Made by a program: the position numbers and the translations under genes. The notes under the pieces are model-generated. The model was not told where the DNA came from. It did no database searches and saw only the letters and a program-made list of their open reading frames with translations. Positions 26,948 through 32,000 of a stretch of 32,000 nt of DNA are shown here, in pieces (positions within the stretch are counted from its first letter, which is position 1; the number at the start of each line of letters is the position of its first letter). The stretch lies in contig NZ_JAGIOS010000003.1 of NCBI RefSeq assembly GCF_017876815.1, positions 900,001 through 932,000 on the forward strand, in the 5' to 3' direction. The DNA comes from Sinorhizobium meliloti. GTDB taxonomy: Bacteria; Pseudomonadota; Alphaproteobacteria; Rhizobiales; Rhizobiaceae.

Positions 26948-27901
26948 ATGTCTGAAGTCGATTGGCTGAGCCGTCTCCTACAAATCGTCACCGTAACCGG
27001 TCAGCTCGAGGTCCGCTGTGCCTATGGTGCGCCGTGGCGCGTGGCCTGGGGCCGGGCGGCGGCGAATGAAATCCCCTACCACGTCATCGTCAAGGGCCGG
27101 GCCATTTTCGAGGATCCGGAGACGAGAACAGCGAAGGAGTTGGTGAGCGGAGATATCGTGCTGCTACCTCACGGTGCGGCGCATGTACTGCACGACGGTA
27201 GCGGCCAGACGCCGGTCCCCACCCAGCAGCGCCAGGGAGCTGCCGGATGGATGCTGAGCGAGAACGATAGCCAGGGTGAGCAACTTGATTTGTTGTGTGG
27301 CCGATTTTTCATCGCCCCGCCCCATGATCAACTGATCCGTAATTATCTGCCCACAAATCTGGTGGCACGGACGATCGACGGCCTCGGAAAAGACGGGATC
27401 GGATCTGCTACCAATCAACTGGCCAGTTTGGTGGGCCTGATGCGAATGGAGTCCGCCGGCGATCGCGCGGGAGGACGCGCCGTTCTCAACGCGCTTTCTT
27501 CGGCCCTCTTCACATTAGTGCTGCGAGCTGCAAGTGAATCCGCGAAAGCCCCTGAAGGCTTGTTGGCCCTCGCCGGCCACCCACGACTGGCACCGGCAAT
27601 TACGGCTATGCTCGCCGATCCGGGCAAGCCCTGGAAACTGCCTGATCTGGCGGACTTGTGCGGCATGTCGCGCGCCACATTCATGCGCCACTTTCAGGAC
27701 AGGCTGGGTTGTTCGGCCCTCGATCTGTTGACTGATCTCCGCATGAGCCTGGCAGCCAACGAGTTGAAAAAGCCGAAGATCAGCACCGAGGCTGTGGCCG
27801 AAACGGTCGGCTATCAATCTGTTTCGGCATTCCGCCGTGTGTTTACTGAGAGAATGGGGATGACGCCCGGGGAATGGCGCAGACAAGCGCATACCGGCTG
27901 A
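26948..27901 (+). CDS. AraC-family transcriptional regulator (cupin_6-type N-terminus)
   Basis: N-terminus MSEVDWLSRLLQIVTVTGQLEVRCAYGAPW. The C-terminus WKLPDLADLCGMSRATFMRHFQDRLGCSALDLLTDLRMSLAANEL..VAETVGYQSVSAFRRVFTERMGMTPGEWRR is an AraC HTH. Confidence 0.9.
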   Translation: MSEVDWLSRLLQIVTVTGQLEVRCAYGAPWRVAWGRAAANEIPYHVIVKGRAIFEDPETRTAKELVSGDIVLLPHGAAHVLHDGSGQTPVPTQQRQGAAGWMLSENDSQGEQLDLLCGRFFIAPPHDQLIRNYLPTNLVARTIDGLGKDGIGSATNQLASLVGLMRMESAGDRAGGRAVLNALSSALFTLVLRAASESAKAPEGLLALAGHPRLAPAITAMLADPGKPWKLPDLADLCGMSRATFMRHFQDRLGCSALDLLTDLRMSLAANELKKPKISTEAVAETVGYQSVSAFRRVFTERMGMTPGEWRRQAHTG

Positions 27902-28029
27902 GCGCGCGCGGACTAGGATCACCCGTAGGATTGATCCTTTCGCGCATTATTCTGATGCAAATCAGTCTCGATATTCTCGCTGACGGCCGTAATTTGGGTT
28001 CCGTAATCACTTGATGAGGGAGCCACCCA

Positions 28030-28683
28030 ATGAACTACATCAGCAACGCAGCCAACGAACTGACGCCGACGAACGCCGTCATCGAAACCATCCTGAGCCG
28101 TAGTGCTGCCAAGTACTACGACACCGCCGCCACACTGAGCGACGATCAGATTCGCGACCTGGTGCGGATCGGCACGTCCGCGCCGACATCCTTCCACCTG
28201 CAGAACTGGCGGTTTATCGCCGTCCGTACGCCTGAGGCCAAGGCTCGGTTGCGTCCGATCGCCTGGAACCAGCCCGCGATCACCGACGCCGCCGTTACCT
28301 TCATCATCGTCGGCCAGTTGGCCAATGCTAGCACCGTTCCCGTGCGCCTGGCGCCGGTCGTGGAAGCCGGCATTATGCCGGCACATCTGGTGCCGGAATG
28401 GGAAATGCCCGCTCGCGGTCTGTATGACGATCAGCCGCAGCGCCAGCGCGACGAGGCGGTGCGCTCCGCTACCTTCGGCACCGCCGCAATCATCTATGCA
28501 GCCCGCTCGCTCGGCCTGGGTTCGACACCGATGATCGGTTTCGACGCAGAGGCCGTGCATCGCGAGTTCGGCCTGGCCGAACACGAAATCCCGGTGATGC
28601 TGCTGACGGTCGGGCCAGAGCGGGCCGGCAACTGGCCGCAGAAGCCGCGCATGCCGGTGGCCGATGTCCTGGACTTTGCATAA
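28030..28683 (+). CDS. Nitroreductase-family protein
   Basis: RSAAKYYD..VRIGTSAPTSFHLQNWRFIAV..AKARL..NQPAITDAAVTFIIV..LGLGSTPMIGFD. GAGGGAG lies upstream. Confidence 0.9.
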   Translation: MNYISNAANELTPTNAVIETILSRSAAKYYDTAATLSDDQIRDLVRIGTSAPTSFHLQNWRFIAVRTPEAKARLRPIAWNQPAITDAAVTFIIVGQLANASTVPVRLAPVVEAGIMPAHLVPEWEMPARGLYDDQPQRQRDEAVRSATFGTAAIIYAARSLGLGSTPMIGFDAEAVHREFGLAEHEIPVMLLTVGPERAGNWPQKPRMPVADVLDFA

Positions 28684-28716
28684 TTCCAAACCGCTCAATC
28701 ACTTATGGAGATTATA

Positions 28717-29286
28717 ATGGCAAGAATTGCTGCTCTGACGCCGGAACAGGTGCCGGCTGAATCGAAACACACCCTCGATACGTTTACGAAGAACATCGGG
28801 TTCACCCCAAACATGATGGTGGCCTTCGCGCAGAGTCCTATCGCGTTCAACGCGTGGGCCACCCTGCTCGGCTCCCTGAGCAAGGCACTCGACGTAAAGA
28901 CACGCGACAGCATCGGCCTTGCCGTCTCCGAGGTGAACGGTTGCAACTATTGCCTGACGGTTCACAGCTTCACCGCCGAACATATGGCCAGGCTGCCTGC
29001 CGATGACATCATCCTCGCCCGAAAGGGCCACGCCAGCGACCCGAAGCGGGATGCCGCTATTCAGTTTGCGCGAAAAGTCATCGGGACCCGCGGGCACGTC
29101 AGCGACGCCGATCTCAAAGACGTCCGCGATGCTGGCTATACCGATGCGAACATCATCGAGATCGTCGCGCTTGTGGCCATGTATTCCCTGACGAACTTCT
29201 TCAACAACGTGTTCGATCACGAGAAGGACTTTCCCCCCGTGACACCAGCGGCTCGATCTGAGTTTTCGCCTACCGCAACCTTTTGA
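28717..29286 (+). CDS. AhpD-like carboxymuconolactone decarboxylase family protein (CxxC peroxidase-related)
   Basis: SEVNGCNYCLTVHS holds the CxxC motif. ATG 28717 has GGAG 6 nt upstream; ATG 28705 is an alternative. Confidence 0.85.
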   Translation: MARIAALTPEQVPAESKHTLDTFTKNIGFTPNMMVAFAQSPIAFNAWATLLGSLSKALDVKTRDSIGLAVSEVNGCNYCLTVHSFTAEHMARLPADDIILARKGHASDPKRDAAIQFARKVIGTRGHVSDADLKDVRDAGYTDANIIEIVALVAMYSLTNFFNNVFDHEKDFPPVTPAARSEFSPTATF

Positions 29287-29305
29287 AGCTGTTGGGATCA
29301 ATCAC

Positions 29306-30013
29306 ATGAATATTCTCTATGTCGATAGCAGTCCGCGTCAGGAATCGCACAGCCGTCAGCTTTCGGCGGCGATCATCGAAAAGCTTCTTGAGGTTGCCCC
29401 CGGCGCGAGCATCACTCGGCGTGAATTGGGGGCTGAACCCCTGCCCCAAACCGAGGCCCTCTACGCCGCCGCGTTGGCGTCGCCGGCAACGTTGACCGCC
29501 CCGCCAATGGGTTCTCTAGATCTTTCCGAAGCGCTTATTCGGGAAGTCGAAGCGGCCGATGTGATTGTCATCGGAACGCCGATGCATAATTTGACAATTC
29601 CCTCGGTCCTCAAGGCGTAGGTCGACCAGATCCTGCGCGTCGGCCGCACAATGAAGTCAACGCCGGCCGGCAAGGTGAGAATGCTCCGGGACCGTTCGGA
29701 CTTTATCGGCGCGGCTTCTGGTGGCTTCTTCACCGGTGAGCGAGCCAACCAGCCGGATTTTCTCACGCCCTATTTGTGGCTGGCACTCAGCTCCATTGGG
29801 CTGAGGACTCAACAATTTCTCCCGCTTCAAGGCACTGCCTTCCTGGATCGGAGTCAGGGGCCGTTAGCGAGGGACAAAGCGCTCGCCGCTCTCGACCTCA
29901 CCGCCGCGGAGCATTTTCGAGAATTCCGCGATCGTCCTGCGGTGCTCTCGAGTACTGGCAGACCGTACCGCGATGTCCCCTCGCTCGGGCGACCGTCACC
30001 AGGAGCATTCTGA
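29306..30013 (+). pseudogene. azoR: FMN-dependent NADH-azoreductase with an in-frame TAG at 29618-29620
   Basis: MNILYVDSSPR..ADVIVIGTPMHNLTIPSVLKA-TAG-VDQILRVGRTMK..FIGAASGGFFTG..DFLTPYLWLALSSIGL. The stop replaces the Trp of the conserved LKAW(I/V)D block (TGG to TAG). The same frame continues in ORF 29651-30013. Confidence 0.8.
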
Positions 30014-30086
30014 GGGCGCGCACAAGCTTCGGGCGCCCGCATCCTAACCCTCTGGCCTCCGCCGGACCATTGAATATGAGGCTCAG

Positions 30087-30554
30087 ATGACCTTATCAAA
30101 TCGTACCCCTTCTCAAATCGGCGCCAGGATTTCCGACAGATCAGCACCGCCTGATGACAGCGCCGTTCGGGACTGGCTTGGACCAGAGGCATTCGGCCAT
30201 TGGACCGAGCTGCGGACCTGGATTGACGAATTCTATATGGGGGTTTTCGCGCCGGACTGGCTGTACGGCGGCAAGAACCGTGGTTGGTCCTTGCGCTATA
30301 AGAAAACGAAGGCGTTCACCACATTGGTGCCGGAATACCGGCGGTTTTCGGCTGTTGTGGTTATGGGTGGAGCAGAACGTGAGAAATTCGAGGAGCGGCG
30401 TTATGTCTGGCGCCCGCAACTGGTCAAGCTTTACGATGAAGCCAAAACATATATCGACGGAAAATGGCTGAGACTTGCCATCTTATCGGCAGACGATCTG
30501 CATGATGTGACGGAACTTTTGACGATGCAGCGCCCGCCACTGCCGCGCGGTTGA
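30087..30554 (+). CDS. DUF3788-like protein
   Basis: ..VRDWLGPEAFGHWTELRTWIDEFY..PDWLYGGKNRGWSLRYKKTKAFTTLVPEYRRFSAVVVMGGAEREKF.. matches the family by memory. Confidence 0.7.
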   Translation: MTLSNRTPSQIGARISDRSAPPDDSAVRDWLGPEAFGHWTELRTWIDEFYMGVFAPDWLYGGKNRGWSLRYKKTKAFTTLVPEYRRFSAVVVMGGAEREKFEERRYVWRPQLVKLYDEAKTYIDGKWLRLAILSADDLHDVTELLTMQRPPLPRG

Positions 30555-30714
30555 AGCCAAAATAAGGTGGGCTTGCCGCGCGAAATCACACAGCAATTCG
30601 ACAACAAGGTCTTCGCGAAAGGCGTCAAGCCGATAACGAGTTGCGGGAGAGATCGAAAAGACCTTCCACGCCTGCAATTTACCCAAACAAACAAATACTG
30701 AGGAGACAATTCCC

Positions 30715-31632
30715 ATGAAAGCGATCGTAGTGACCGACCAGGCTGCGGGAACAGCCGGAATGAAGCTGGTGGAGCGACCCGAGCCGCAGGCCGCGATAAA
30801 CGACGTCGTCGTACAGGTCCATGCGGCGGGGTTCGTCAACACCGAACTGGATTGGCCTTCGACCTGGACCGATCGGGCCTTTCGTGACCGGACGCCATCG
30901 ATTCTCGGCCATGAGCTGGCCGGTGTGATCACCGGGCTGGGCTATGGCACCACGGGACTGTCGATCGGCCAGCGGGTGCTCGGCCTGTCGGACTGGTATC
31001 GCGACGGCACACTCGCTGAGTACGTCGCTATGGAGGCCCGAAACCTCGCGCCATTGCCCGGCAACGTCGACTTCACGGTGGGCGCAAGCCTGCCGATATC
31101 TGGCCTGACCGCATGGCAGGGACTGTTTCAGCATGGCCGCCTTCGGGCGGGGCAGAGCGTCCTCGCACACGGCGCGGCTGGCGCCGTCGGCTCGATCGTG
31201 ACGCAGCTTGCGCGGGAAGCCGGCGCCTATGTTATCGGCACCGGACGCGCCGCTGACCGCCAGAAAGCTTTGGACTTCGGTGCAAATGAATTCATCGATC
31301 TTGGAAACGACATCCTGGAAGACGTCGGCGGCGTCGATCTGGTATTCGACGTTATCGGCGGCGATGTTCAGAAGCGGTCCGCAGCGCTGATCCGGTCCGG
31401 AGGAACGCTTGTGACAGCCGTCGGACCGACGGACATTCGACCTGTGGATGGCCTGGCGGTTGACTTCGTCGTCGAGGCTGATCGTGCCCAGCTATCCGAG
31501 ATCGTTCAGCGGGTCCGGGACGGAAGGCTGCGGACGAACATCGGCAAGGTTTCAAGTCTGGACGATGCGGTCGCCACCTTCAATTCGGCGGAGCGGCGCG
31601 CAGGAAAGACGGTCATTCGCGTTCTCCCGTGA
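30715..31632 (+). CDS. MDR-superfamily NADP-dependent (quinone) oxidoreductase
   Basis: GAGGAG RBS. MKAIVV..GHELAGVI..GQRVLG..GLTAWQGL..VLAHGAAGAVGSIVTQLAR is the GroES-like plus Rossmann pattern. Confidence 0.9.
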   Translation: MKAIVVTDQAAGTAGMKLVERPEPQAAINDVVVQVHAAGFVNTELDWPSTWTDRAFRDRTPSILGHELAGVITGLGYGTTGLSIGQRVLGLSDWYRDGTLAEYVAMEARNLAPLPGNVDFTVGASLPISGLTAWQGLFQHGRLRAGQSVLAHGAAGAVGSIVTQLAREAGAYVIGTGRAADRQKALDFGANEFIDLGNDILEDVGGVDLVFDVIGGDVQKRSAALIRSGGTLVTAVGPTDIRPVDGLAVDFVVEADRAQLSEIVQRVRDGRLRTNIGKVSSLDDAVATFNSAERRAGKTVIRVLP

Positions 31633-31735
31633 GGACGCGGCGAGGATATTCGCGGGGCACTTGAACCCGTCGTATCTTCCCGACGGATTGGCCTCCACGC
31701 GCACTCCTTGGAGGGGTTCCTCTAGGGAGTGCGCA

Positions 31736-31927
31736 GTGCACACAAGATGCGCGTTCCTAGCGTCTCAGATTCGTTTACCCGATGGCCTCAGTCGTTCAGC
31801 GTTTTACAGAGGCGAGATATCTCTCACGCCCGATATCGCAAAGCGGCTACTGACCGTGCTCGATGGCTTGGTCGACCTCGGCAACAGACACAGCGCGGTG
31901 CTGAAACAAACTGATGCTTGCAAGTGA
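31736..31927 (+). CDS. Hypothetical small protein, weak HTH-like segment
   Basis: GTG start with GGAG 6 nt upstream. ..LASQIRLPDGLSRSAFYRGEISLTPDIAKRLLTVLDGLVDL... No family recognised. Confidence 0.25.
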   Translation: MHTRCAFLASQIRLPDGLSRSAFYRGEISLTPDIAKRLLTVLDGLVDLGNRHSAVLKQTDACK

Positions 31928-32000
31928 GTGCAAGGCAGGGTTTAGACTAGCGTTGTGAGAACCACGATAAGATGGCCGAGGTGCTTTCTGCCGACGGCAA

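Noticed and set aside
27919-29301. 259-aa and 200-aa minus-strand ORFs (27919-28698 and 28699-29301).
   Set aside because: They are fully antisense to the well-supported nitroreductase and AhpD-like genes and contain no motifs.

Overview
Accessory-type region of about 60% GC. The gene content looks alpha-rhizobial, which is an inference only. No rRNA, tRNA or CRISPR array was found.

Left third: three paralogous class III adenylate cyclase-TPR genes. One is frameshifted (1-1718). One is cut 38 codons before its stop by an IS66-family element with a perfect 8-bp target duplication (GCTAAGGA at 4395-4402 and 9688-9695). One is intact (11107-12996). The IS66 transposase gene tnpC is itself split by a compact ~2.6-kb element (4719-7302) carrying two small ORFs and a 691-aa large serine recombinase. 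This gives a three-level nested insertion.

Middle: a six-gene oxidoreductase operon divergent from a LysR gene (13823-18275, minus strand). Four of its products carry signal peptides.

Right: methyltransferase, DUF1127, AraC and GFA genes, VapBC and ParDE toxin-antitoxin pairs, a BKACE-family gene and a NUDIX hydrolase. An AraC-headed cluster follows, encoding nitroreductase, an AhpD-like protein, azoR, DUF3788 and an MDR reductase.

At least ten genes are fragments or carry frameshift or nonsense lesions. Two non-coding repeat families are interleaved around the TA genes and are not explained by any gene. One is 130 bp and 100% identical (two copies plus a partial third). The other is 87-88 bp and about 95% identical (two copies).

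The most unusual item is the serine-recombinase element sitting inside a conserved IS66 transposase motif. All family assignments come from reading the translations and from memory of the families; no database search was run.
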